A stretch of DNA of 64,000 nucleotides, taken from Eledone cirrhosa (Eukaryota). Positions within the stretch are counted from its first letter, which is position 1, and each line of letters opens with the position of its first letter. Below the pieces are notes generated by a model. The model made no database searches, had not been told where the DNA came from, and was given only the letters and a program-made list of their open reading frames with translations. The translations under genes were made by a program, and so were the position numbers. Positions 13,584 to 25,646 of this stretch are shown here, in pieces. The stretch spans positions 198,586,001 through 198,650,000 of the forward strand of contig OZ024740.1 of NCBI GenBank assembly GCA_964016885.1. Reading direction: 5' to 3'.

Positions 13584-14860
13584 ATATATATATATTTATA
13601 TGTACAACGGCATCTCCATTGGCTCTCCCCCTTCCTCTATCTATGTTCTACGCCATCTCCACTGAAACTCCCTCCTCTCTCTATACATGCACACACGTGT
13701 ATATATATATATATATGTGTATGTTTATATGTATGTGTGTGTATGTATGTGTGTGTGTGTATGTGTGTGTATGTGTATATATGTCAGTGTGTATATACGC
13801 ATGTGTATGTATACAAGGTTTTTGGCAGACTAAGTGTGTCTAGGTATATATCTCCTCATTGTATTTGACACCACCAACACATCCACCACACCACCATAAA
13901 CACCATTACCATAAACCACAAACCACACCCATATCACACACAATAATCAGCCACAAATACATGCCAATCTGTCTACCGACAACCCACCACCCCGCCCCAC
14001 AGCCCATCTTAGCCTGCGACCATTACCACCATCTTATCATCACATCCACCCCAACATACACTACAAGCGAAAACATCTCTATGATCTATTCCACCAATCA
14101 AAACGAGCCTATTGACCAACATATGAACTTCTGACTTTATCATATAGCATGTATACTACTAGCATCGAGTTGCGGATTATTGAGTCGGGTAAGATCGATA
14201 CAGATCGAACCTTTGAGCTGATCAGTGGCGAAACGCGCTTCACCTACCAATAAATGTAATGAAGGAGTAACCAATCGTCCTTGTTATCTTTTCAATATAT
14301 ATATATATATATAAATTAATAAAAATAATGAATAAAAACAAAGAAACAGTTCCTTATATTAAAAATGTACCCCCCCCCTCCCAATAATAATTATTATTAT
14401 TTTTTTATTTCCCCTTCGTTTTTAACAGCACTCTTCAATTACGCCTAACTCTTATTTATCATATCTATATGAATTAATATAAATTTATCAATATAAATAT
14501 ACCTATCAATTTAATTAATTTATTTTCTTTTTATAGATGTAAATTCCCTATATTTTAAATAAGATTGATATTTTTCACTAACACATTTATCTTAAAATGT
14601 TATTCGCCTTAGATATTTACATTAGCATTATTCTTTTATAACATCAATTTTTCGTGTACCTTTTACCGACTTGACCTATTTTCATCCCTAAAATAATCTT
14701 ATCATTCATCATACTCTTTCCATTCAAAACTGAAATCTGCTTTCCTCTACCCCTAAATTAACGTTCTATTACTACTATTCTACCATCTTGACCACTTCCT
14801 ACCTTTCTATTGGTCAATTCAAAACCTGTTCCCAAACAGACCTATTATTTTAAATCTTAT

Positions 14861-15050
14861 AGGGTGGTGGATTGGCAGTATCGGTAGAGAGTCGGACGCC
14901 ATGCTTTCCAGCATAGTTACGTCCCTTTACGATCTGAGTTCAAATCCCGCCGAGGTTGACTTTGCCTTTCATCCTTACGGGGTCGATAAACTAAAAGTAC
15001 CAGTAATGCACAGTTAAATGCTGGCCTTGTGCCTAAAGTAGAAACAATTA
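14861..15050 (+). mobile_element. Full-length SINE
   Basis: tggcagtatcgg A box, gagttcaaatcc B box, TSD-like attat(t/a)ttaaatctt on both sides. Confidence 0.9.
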
Positions 15051-15087
15051 TATTAAATCTTTGTTGGTTTTTTTCAATAAACAAATA

Positions 15088-15225
15088 TCATTATTTCTGA
15101 AGACAGCATATATATGTGTAGGTATGTATATTCCCTCTGATAGTTTGTAAACATTTTACATATATCTATATGATATACATACCAACACAATCATATATAT
15201 CCTAGAAACGATCGTAAAATGATGA
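15088..15225 (+). ncRNA. Type I hammerhead ribozyme with ~100-nt stem II
   Basis: TCATTATTT-CTGAAGA-[atatatatg tgt.ggtatgtatat...atatacatacc.aca..catatatat]-GAAAC-GATC-GTA-AAATGATGA: 9-bp stem I, palindromic stem III, GUA triplet. Confidence 0.75.
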
Positions 15226-15417
15226 ATTTTTTAATATAAGGAACTGTTTCTTTGTTTTTATTCATTATTTTTATTAATTTATCTTCACTTTGTTTTCCTG
15301 TATTTTTCATCGAAAAAAAAAAAAAAATTTGAATACATCTTCTCTTTTTATGATATTCGGATTACATTGATTTCTTCATACAGATTGGACACTACCGTAC
15401 ATTTTGGTAGATTTATC

Positions 15418-15492
<75 letters not shown>

Positions 15493-15504
15493 GTATATAT
15501 ATAT

Positions 15505-15658
15505 CAGTGGCGAAGGGTAACCTGGAAAGCAGGGCATGCAGTCCAATCGCCATGGCGGTAATTGGTGCTGTGCAGCCTTACAAGTTCCCTCTAAATGGCC
15601 CTCTTGGTCAAAGCTACATGTAGTCTTATCTAGTGTGTGAGTGTGTGAGTGTGCGTGT

Positions 15659-15690
<32 letters not shown>

Positions 15691-15944
15691 TATGTCTTTA
15701 TGTGTCTACGATTTAGCAAGCAGCCAAAATTCTGCTTGCCTCATCCGACGCTGTCGTTTGTCTGTGTGTATACGCGTGTGTGTGTGTGTGGGTGTTATCT
15801 TTTTATGTGTCTACAGTTTAGCAAGCAGCCAAAATTCTGCTTGCATCAACCAACGCTGTCGTGTGTTTGTGTGTATGTGTGTGTCTTAGTATTTTATGTG
15901 TCTACGGTTTAGCAAGCAGCCAACATTGCTTGCTTCAACCGACG

Positions 15945-16036
<92 letters not shown>

Positions 16037-16178
16037 GTGTGTCTGTCTGTTATCTTTTTATGTGTCTACGTTTAGTAAGCAACCAAAATTCTGCTTGCTT
16101 CAACCGACGCAATTGATCAACTCAAGATTCTATAACGCATGCACTGCATGCGTTGCATGCACGCACCCTTCGCCGCTG
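15505..16178. mobile_element. Non-autonomous TIR DNA transposon (hAT-like MITE) with internal minisatellite
   Basis: Terminal inverted repeats cagtggcgaagggt / acccttcgccgctg, atatatat on both flanks, and four internal copies of tgtgtctac..tttagcaagcagccaa...gacgc separated by (GT)n. Confidence 0.75.
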
Positions 16179-16188
16179 ATATATATAG

Positions 16189-16500
16189 AGAATAGAAAAC
16201 GAAAAATCAGTGATGCATCTAAACTCAATTTATTGTGTGTTACAATTGTTTCGCCGGCGGACAGCTCGAGACGCGATCATTGTGTGGATGTTTTGGATTC
16301 TGGACCCGCAGGTTCGACGGACACGTCTAATGATTTCGGAGAATATGCTCCGAAATCATTAGGCTTGTCCGTCGAACCTGCGGGTCCAGAATCCAAAACA
16401 TCCACACAATGATCGCGTCTCGAGCTGTCCGCCGGCGAAACAATTGTAACACACAATAAATTGAGTTTAGATGCATCACTGATTTTTCATTTTCTATTCT
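16189..16500. repeat. Near-perfect 312-bp palindrome (~153-bp arms, ~6-nt loop)
   Basis: The arms are reverse complements with few mismatches, centred at 16344/16345. Each outward strand contains GAAAC-AATT-GTA followed by AATAAA. Confidence 0.95.
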
Positions 16501-16575
16501 ATCATACACTGCTCTGCAAGAGCATAGATTGCTCAACCGGCATACTTGCCTATGGAACCATCTTAGCTACCATCA

Positions 16576-16717
<142 letters not shown>

Positions 16718-16859
16718 AATAGAAAGTCAATGAATTGGAATAGGCTTAAGGTCCTCAGCAACGTGACCACTCACCGGTATGGGCATCGGATGGATCTACT
16801 TTGCTAACAGATATAAGTGATATTCTTATCCTATATCTAATGTGGATGTTAATGTCAAT

Positions 16860-17430
16860 AACTAAATTCCTTTAAGGTTGGAAATCTCTCAGTAGAGCTT
16901 TCACGCAACATACACGGAAGTTATAGCAGCTGAAAAGCAAATTAATAACAGGTAAATCACCTGATGATGATGGAATACAAGCTGAGGTGTACAAAGATGG
17001 ATGTAACGTACTTGCGCATAAGCTGTTGGACTTCATTGTTTTGATTTGGAAGAATAGCCATTACACGTCAATATAACGTAAAGGCAAACAAGAATTGTGT
17101 GACAATCATCGGAGCATCTCACTGATGCGGAGTATATAACTGTTACGGGCAAGATCGTTGTTCGAGTTGTTCTGGACAAAATAAAGACTGACGTGGTATA
17201 TCATGTTTATCCAGAATACCAATATGGCTCCATGGCTGCGAGCTGAATCATAGCCATGATATATTGCTTGTGGTAGGCTGAAGAGAATGTACGGGAGAAG
17301 AATATCGAACTGTGTATAATCTTTCTTTACTTGACACCATTAATTGTGAAGATTTGTGGACAATGCTGAAGAAGATTGGCATTCGTAATAAGATGCTGAA
17401 TGTTATAATAGCCTTCAAGAAAAACATGTA
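16860..17430 (+). pseudogene. Decayed RTE-clade LINE reverse transcriptase fragment
   Basis: KSPDDDGIQAEVYKDG, CDNHRSISL, PEYQYG, DTINCEDLWTMLKKIG, with stops and frameshifts. Confidence 0.8.
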
Positions 17431-17881
17431 AGCTTCTCTTTAAGTTAGATAGAAGTTCATCAGATAAATCAGGGGGGAATAATGGCCTGTCCGTTTGCTA
17501 TTTACAAGCATACGAATTTGTAAGCAGAATTTCCTCTGCAGCATAATCGTATCGCCTAACAATAACTGTGAGGAATCGTGGACTCTATATAGAAAACATT
17601 ATCAATGACTATTGAGATATATGTGACATGTTCAGAGAGAAAAATAGAGAAAAATAATTTGGTTATGAAGAAAAAGTATGAGTTTCTCGTATATTCATCT
17701 TCTATAAAATATATTGTATATTAGAATTGGTGCTCTGAAATAGCGATATATATATGAATGTATATATAGTGTATTTTGCAATACACTGTATGCTTAATTA
17801 AAAGCATTTTTAAGACCTTACGCTATTGTTTTAAAGCAGTAACTATGTCACTTACTTCTTTTTTCAACAAACAAAGGGAGA

Positions 17882-17929
17882 TAAGCTGACAGATCTCCGT
17901 TTCAAACTGTTGGTATTCCTCAGAGCTTA
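17882..17929 (-). ncRNA. Type I hammerhead ribozyme (antisense copy)
   Basis: Minus strand: TAAGCT-CTGAGGA-ATAC caaca GTTT-GAAAC-ggagatct-GTC-AGCTTA. One stem II mismatch. Confidence 0.8.
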
Positions 17930-18135
17930 GCACTCCCTTTGTTCGTTGAAAATTATGAATGTTGAATTCTTATAGAATTCCAGTAATAATCAGGAACTGA
18001 TTATACAGAGCGGTTGCCGGTCCAGCAAAAATTTAAAATTAGAATTGGTGCTCTGAAATAGCGATATATATATGTATTTTGCTGGAATTCTATAAGAAAC
18101 CAACATTCATAATTTTCAACAAACAAGGGGAGTGC

Positions 18136-18183
18136 TAAGCTCTGAGGAATACCAACAGTATGAAACAGAGATCTGTCAGCTTA
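18136..18183 (+). ncRNA. Canonical type I hammerhead ribozyme
   Basis: TAAGCT-CTGAGGA-ATAC caaca GTAT-GAAAC-AGAgaTCT-GTC-AGCTTA. Stem I extends ~20 bp past a bulge (ttttcaacaaacaagggga / tccctttgtttgttgaaaa). Predicted cleavage after 18177. Confidence 0.9.
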
Positions 18184-18421
18184 TCTCCCTTTGTTTGTTG
18201 AAAAAAGAAGTAAGTGACATAGTCACTGCTTTAAAACAATAGCGTAAGGTCTTCAAAATGCTTTTAATTAAGCATAATACACTATATATACATTCATATT
18301 GTATATGCTTTTATATACTCATATTATGCGTAACTACTCAGAAATATTTGAAGTAGGCAGCCAATAAATAATTTGTAAATAAATGACAGTACAATTGGTC
18401 TAATAAATATTTTTCATGTAT

Positions 18422-18564
<143 letters not shown>

Positions 18565-20294
18565 CGTTTATGTATATAGACAGAAATATCACTTTATCTG
18601 AAAGTTTATCATATTAAACGCCTCTATATTTATAATGGAACATTAATATCTGCCAACCCTCTGGTAATAATTAAAAAGAAATACTCACAACTATTTTACG
18701 GATTTTTAATCACAAGAGTTTTTAGGAAAGAAAAGGAAACAAACTAAAACGAAATATCGTTGTCCACGTGTTATATTTGTCTCTATCACAGATATTGGAA
18801 ATCAACTCTTTTTTTAATAGCTAATCCACTCTGTAACGTTAAAATTCTTTGCTTAATTTGAAGAGTTGCTTTTTATATTTTGGCTCTCTTTGTTCTTTAA
18901 CTGACCATTATGTTGATCTGATGGAGACTTTCGTTTTGTCGATATGCTGCGAGCAGACCTGCCAAACTCTAAAGCCCCCAAATGGGGGTGGGGTGCATGA
19001 AAAACATCGTCCCAAATGGGGAGCAATGAGGCAAAATGGGGAGATTTTACATCTCTCACCCACCTAATATAGGGTGACAGATATGCCAGTTCGACGGGGA
19101 GAGATGACAGGTGAAAGTTTAGAGAAATGTGAGAGTTTACTGAAATGGTTCAGTGATGAATTGATGATGTATTTATATTTTGTCTTAGTTAATGAATATA
19201 GTAAATCATAAATGGACCTTACATCGATATCGACAATGTGTGTTCTGCTGTTTATTATCTTCTGTCAAAATTATTATCTTCTGGCTTAAATTAGTGTGTA
19301 ATAAGCTGTATATTCCAAATACACGTGTACATTTACCTCTTTTGAAACCAGCTCAATCAAACCTGGTTGTTGCTCTATGGAACAAAATCCCCTACTTTAA
19401 ATGGTTTCTATTTAAATTAAAATCTCTGAATATAATTTCATATTAGAAAGATGTTAAGTTATTCTCTTATATCTTAGATAAATAATAATTTTAGTAAATC
19501 CCTTGAAATCCTTAATTAATTTGAATAGAGTGTATTTCATTAGATATACGATGACGAAAGGTTTCATGTATTTCTCGGGGAGGGTGTGCGCGATACTGTT
19601 TGGTGACGATGGTCCGTTGAACCACAAATATATCCATCCATCTAAAGAAAAAAATGCATCCATCTAAAGAAAAAAAAAATTCGTCTACGCAATTTACAAA
19701 TATCGGGTCAAATCGAAGCTATATTAAAAAGACATATCTACGATTTTATACAGTGCACCTAAACCTACAGCATCTTGAATGTGGTGTGCAGATAACAATT
19801 TTTTCATGCTGCACATATTATATGCTATATTATAGAGGCGTTGTGTCTTATTAAATATCCAGGTTTATGCTTCGAATACAATGTCCATAACATCAATACC
19901 AGTAATGGAGCATATATTCTATTGCAAGTATAACTGGCCTTGTGGCAGATATAAAAAAAAACATTATTAGCCATTTTTCGATGACATCTTTGATATACAT
20001 TTCTAAATAATTGGGAAAACGTAAGAGAGGCAATCAATTAAATGCCGTTTTAGAAAAGATTCGTAAACATGTTTGTAAAAATATTGGTGCGTACTTTTAA
20101 TATTATATACATATTAATATTATATAAACCAAGTTTTGGTACGACGAAATTAATTGTAGCATTCTATTAGGCTTTGTACGTTTTGGTTTCACTTTTCTTT
20201 CATCCAAGTTAGAAAATATACGATATAATCAAACATACACCTCCCCGAAATTCGAAGCCCTGTACTAACCTTAGACAACAATGAATATTTACAT

Positions 20295-20432
20295 AAATTA
20301 CTGGTGCTTTATTTTATCGACCCCGTAAGTATGAAAGGCAAAGTTAACCTCGGCGGGATTTGAACTCAGAAAGTAAAGGGCCATAACTCTATGCTGAAAA
20401 GCATGTTGTCTGACGCTATACCGATACTGCCT
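20295..20432 (-). mobile_element. SINE copy (variant)
   Basis: tttattttatcgaccccgtaag.atgaaaggcaaag...gatttgaactcag. Confidence 0.8.
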
Positions 20433-21949
20433 AATGTCGCATAATTATTTGTCTTGTTATCCTGTAAACCAATATCAGCAGTGCGTCGGACAAAATGTTT
20501 TGCGTTATTTCTTGCGGCTACTACAGAGTTCAATTTCATCTTTCATACTCGATGAAATAATATATTAGAGAAAGGTAGATGTAATCGACTAAACTCCTAC
20601 CAAACGTTTTGGCGTTGTGCTAATTCAACATTATTATATACCACAGGAGTTACAATAGATTGCCAGACTCAGTAGAACGTCGCGTATCTTTCATGGTCAT
20701 ACTTAGCTAGGATTCGTAAAGTTCAGAGTTCAAAATGTACATTTCAGCATACTAGATTAAACTCAAAAGAAAATATGAGTATAGGCGAGCATCTAACGGG
20801 ATATCATTTTGCTACAGAGTACAGACAGTTTTATATGTTCAGTCACTTAATCACTCATGAACCTTGGATAACATTTGCGTCTGAGGAACCTATAAGCTCG
20901 TGATATGCTTTAGTTATTTAAGAAGATTATACACTTAATTTTAACCGAAATCCTATCACTGTGAACACCGACCTCCTTCACTAGACACCCCTATATAAAA
21001 TCCAGGAATTAGTTGGAGTGTCAGTCAATTACTTCAATACCAATGTTGACAGAAGGATGAAAGGCAAAATATACGTTGATGCGTTTGAAATCAGAATGTA
21101 ATGTGCCAGGACAGATAGCACACAATAATTTATACGACGTGTTAACGGTTCTGACTACTACCAATATTCATAGTTCACTTAGTCGATTATATACCTTTCT
21201 TTATATAATGTGCTCTCATGTCTAATCAAACAGATTTGTATTTCTCTAGTCAGTAATGCCATTTATAATTATGACGGAAGTATTGGGTGAAAGTGATGTT
21301 TTTAACATACACGGTTCGTTGCCTTCAGTTAATGAGGTCTCCTCCATTCTTCTCCCACACCAATGTTTTTTTTTCAACTACAGTTGATTCAATAGACTAT
21401 AGTATACTTCTAAAATAATTGCCCGATTCAATTCAAAATATGAGGGATGAATTAAATAGACAAGATAGTTATATTGGAAAGATCTCAAATACAATGTCAA
21501 GACATAACTGATTCTAGATATCGAATGTAATCTAGGTGTAATAACATGTGTGGTTCTTAAACTCCACATTTTCTTCAAGTTATGTCATATGTACATCTAG
21601 AACATATCATTATGGGGTTCAATTCTGGACCGAATGGTGCACTCTCTTCTTAAGGAAGATATTTCATTTCACCTGACAAACCTTCTATGTGATACAACTT
21701 CATATGAGGTCAGTTAATCCTGTGTAGGTTTGAGCTGTAAACGTAATTTCATATATCATACTACCTCTTCGGGTGGCCATAATATCTAAGGCTCGTGCCC
21801 TATTGATTAAGGTGTTTGGCACACGATCATAAGATTGTTGGTCCAACTGCTGGGCTGTATGGCATGTTGAGTCCTCGATTCATTTCCCGTTGCCCCAGTC
21901 CACCCAGTCTTTGGAGTAACGTTACTCAATAGAGTGCGTAGGTCGGAGA

Positions 21950-22265
21950 GGTGAGAGTCACTCCAGGTAGAGTAGGTACTTCTCCGGCTTGAGAGATCAC
22001 ATCCCCGATACTATGGGCATATGGTTAGAATATCTGAGGAAAGAATCGTTGGACAGATTTTACGGGCAAAACTAGCCGGCAAGAGACCCAGGGATAGAAC
22101 CCGAGCATGGTGGTTGGATAACATCTATAAGCTTGGCTCGTCTCACTTGGGGATCGAGCTGGATTATTTGGAGATAGTTGCTTCTGACAGGACCCGCTAT
22201 AAGTAGTGTTTGAGGATTCTGCCCCCAAGAGTCTTTCAAAAATAAGTGGGTGAAAACGATGAAGA
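21950..22265 (+). pseudogene. RTE-like LINE 3' fragment
   Basis: YYGHMVRISEERIVGQIL...GKRPRDRTRAWWLDNI resembles the RTE C-terminal GH..R / GKRPRGRP..RW motif. Confidence 0.65.
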
Positions 22266-23325
22266 AGAAAAAAAGTATTTAATACATTATATATATTTCT
22301 TTAAATTATAATACCTCAATGACAATGTTCACGACAGAAGAACTTTCCGTAATTTTCACTTCGGCAACACGTTAAAAGAAAACATTATTTTAGGCCCCTT
22401 CTGTTATTCATAAAATGTCATTCAGTGGGACCCATCCGGGATCAGCTTGCGAAGTAAACTTAACTATTCGATCACAGAGCAAGCACTTCTGATAATCGTT
22501 GACGATGCCTACAATAATTTTAACCCAGACTCAGTGAAGTAATGATTATTTATCTTGAAAGACATCTATTGTACTACATAATTGAAAAATCAAATTCCTA
22601 TAGAAAAACTGAACACGTGAATAACTTCCGTTGATTTTCCGCTAAAATGATTGTCTTGAAATGAAATGATTTTAGATAATTTGATTGCAGAAAATAAAAA
22701 TAGATCTGAAATTTTCTGATGAATATGATAAGAAAAATTTCTAAATTAAAATGAATGATATTTCTTTCGTGAGTTCATTAATATCATTATGATATCAAGT
22801 GTGGTGGATTGGCAGAATAGCTGGGGCGTCGGATAAAATGTATTCGTTCCTGTATTCGTTCTGTCTTTTTACATTCAATTCCTGTCGATACCAACCTTGC
22901 CTTTCGGGTCGATAAAATAAAGTTCCAATTTTTGTCACATATTTGTCTGAACCTACGAAATAAATGAATTGATGTTCTTTAAGTCGCATTCACCATCTTA
23001 AAAAAACGTTTTCCTGCAAAGAACATGGTTGGAGTACATTTGATAATTAATCTCTTTGGATGAAAAGCTGAGCTGACCAAAATCAAAAACAAAAACATCA
23101 GTAATATAAGCAAATATTATCAGTGCTACTGTTGCTGCTGTGTCTTGAATCTTGAATTAGCAGAATCGTTAGAGGATCGAACACAATGCCTTGTATATTT
23201 GTTTCAGCTCATTATGTTCTGATATCAAATCACAGCCATCACATGTTTTTCTCGAATTCAATTTTGCTTTCATCAGTTTTCATTTTGTTTCCTTCCAGAA
23301 GTTGCTAATCTAATACTTTTCTGGA

Positions 23326-23731
23326 ATGGTTTGTCCATCTGATGAATATAGAATCAACGTACAACGTAGTGTCGACAGTCGGCCAAAAACTACCTCTCAA
23401 ACCTTTGACCGCTTAAGAGGCAAATTCTTTCAAATTCGTGAATACGCAGAGTTATGGCTCCTCACGGTAAGTGAATGTGTGTAGCCATGTGTTTAGAGTG
23501 CTGTACTCACGTTCATAAAGTCGGAGGCTCGATTTCTGAAAAAGATGTTGCACTGTGTTCTTAAACAAGACACTTCGATTCGTGTTGCTTTACATGACAA
23601 AGCTGAGATCCCTTCATTAAAGTACTCGATGAAACTCCTATGAGATGCAGCTTTGGAAGAGGTCAGCTAAACCCGTATGAATTGAGCATTACATTTTATT
23701 TTCCTTTCAGCCTACAAGAGTAAAGTGTTGA
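23326..23731 (+). CDS. Possible small two-exon ORF (53 aa), unknown product
   Basis: Acceptor ttttgtttccttccag|23299, ATG at 23326 open to donor ACG|gtaagt at 23466, acceptor ttttattttcctttcag|23711, then PTRVKC*. No recognised homology. Confidence 0.3.
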
Positions 23732-24723
23732 GCATCTGAACAAAGAAGCGGTACAGGTTCTAGCTGGCAAGAAAAAAGAGGGAGAAGAATATTTAGTGAA
23801 TACGATAAGATCAATCCGTGAAACCTGGAGACAGAGGGCAACGTTGTAATACATGACAGGATTTGGGCTTTTAAAGCTTGCTGGGCCCATCACTCTCCAG
23901 GTCTGAGCACAACCGATTACTTTCAGAGAAAGAAAAGGAGAGAAAGTTAGAGAGAAAAAGGAATGATGGAATCTAATACTGAACACGCACTTATTTATCG
24001 ATCTTGAATAAATGAAAGGCAATTTTACCTCGGTTAATTTAATCTCGAGTTCAGCAAATTGAATACCACGAAGTGTTATATGTGATATATTAACGATTCG
24101 ACCAATTTACAGCCTCATAATCAGCTACATCAAATGTATATTCCAATAGCCCTGAGCTCTAGAAAGAATAGCAGGGACGTACTTCCCAGGTATAGATATA
24201 TAGATAGATACAAAGAGTGGGTGAGAGTTAGTGAGACGTGAGAGAGCGAAAGCGAGAAAATGAGGTAGGGGAAGAATCTAACCCAAGTAAATGACTGGTA
24301 CTATATTCATCATTGTAGGAAGGTTGAAAGGTAAATTTGACCTTACATTTATATGTTTATATAATGTTTTTCCTCTACATACATTATTTATTAATATCAA
24401 ATTAGTCAGCGCATTATAGTATTGTTTTCTCCCGCTTGCTTGTAGCTGTTTTCTACTTCTGATACTTTATAATCAACTAAGTAAACATATTTTAATTTCA
24501 AACCGGTTAGAAGGCTTATGTTAGAAGGCTTATTTTAAATATCTTTCAAAAGTATTGCGTTATAACAGTGGAATAATTTTCTTAGGCTTCGATATGGAAG
24601 TTCATGTATTGATATTCCGGTACATGTTATTTCATCATTCTCAAAATTAAATCGGAAATATATAAATACCTTTCAGCGTTTGAATAGACTCAATGACATA
24701 TCTGATGAATTTATTGGTCAAGC

Positions 24724-24774
<51 letters not shown>

Positions 24775-24846
24775 CTTGCATATATATATATAGTAAAAAA
24801 ATGAAGAGTAACATGGTTGGCTGTACAGCAAGGGTCTTTATTTCAG

Positions 24847-24957
24847 GTATTGACAATTATTTCATTAATCAGGTGAGTATAGAGGCCGCTAATCGCTCGA
24901 AGAAGCGTCACTCGATCTCCATTACATTATTTACCTCTGACCAACTCATCAGAATAC
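24847..24957 (-). ncRNA. Type I hammerhead ribozyme with ~80-nt stem II
   Basis: Minus strand: GTATT-CTGATGA-GTTGGTCAG...CTGATTAAT-GAAAT-aatt-GTC-AATAC. Confidence 0.75.
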
Positions 24958-25535
24958 AAAAATAATTCCCTCAAGGCAAGTTGTATATATAAATAGCGTA
25001 TTATCAAAACAATAACATCAATAATAAAATATATATGATAAATAGGTAGAGAAGTTACAGATGTAAAAAGTAAAAAGTAAAAGGTAAGAAAAAATACAGT
25101 AAAAAAGCAAGAAAATGGAAAAATATAAAGAAATAAAGAAATAAGGATAAGTGAGAGCATGTAAGTACAGACTATAATAGTGGTGGTGGTGAGTAAGTGT
25201 TCGTATAAGGATTCTGTGGTGGGTTTAGTGCTAACATGAAGAGTCATATTCGAAACATACATAGATACGTGTAGAGAGTCTGACGTAGTGACAGATAAAA
25301 GTAAGAGCAAAAAATTAGAGATTAATTGTGAGATACAAGTATAAGATTTAAGGGCTAAGGGTGGATGATGAAGGGAAGTTTGACTAATGTGTGTGGTAAA
25401 TGTTTTGCTGATTGTCTTGTCTTAGTGGGGTTGATGGTGTTTCAGGGAGAGAGGGTGAAATAGATGTTAAAGGATTTATGATCTAGTGACCAGTTGGCCG
25501 TTTGACAGCTAATAGCGGTGTGACGAATTATTTCT

Positions 25536-25646
25536 GTATTCTAATGAGTTGGCCAGAGGTAAATAATGTAATGGAGATCGAGTGACGCAACTTCGAGCGA
25601 TTAGCAACCTCTAGACTCACCTGATCAATGAAACAATTATCAATAC
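25536..25646 (+). ncRNA. Mutated partner hammerhead (probably inactive)
   Basis: GTATT-CTAATGA-...-GAAAC-aatt-ATC-AATAC, with a G5>A core change and a stem III mismatch. Confidence 0.6.

Larger units (their letters stand above)
14311..15422 (+). mobile_element. PLE-type fold-back element with ~55-bp inverted repeat, hammerhead and nested SINE
   Basis: 14311-14365 is the reverse complement of ~15227-15282. The element is bounded by (TA)n on both sides. Confidence 0.7.
17720..18299. mobile_element. Fold-back element with ~220-bp inverted arms, each carrying a hammerhead, plus 36-bp direct repeat
   Basis: Arms ~17752-17986 and ~18079-18299. Direct repeat attagaattggtgctctgaaatagcgatatatatatg at ~17720 and ~18038. 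Confidence 0.85.

Noticed and set aside
15690-16110. Repeat-spacer pattern resembling a CRISPR array
   Set aside because: The spacers are (GT)n, there are no cas genes, and the context is eukaryotic; it is a minisatellite inside a MITE.
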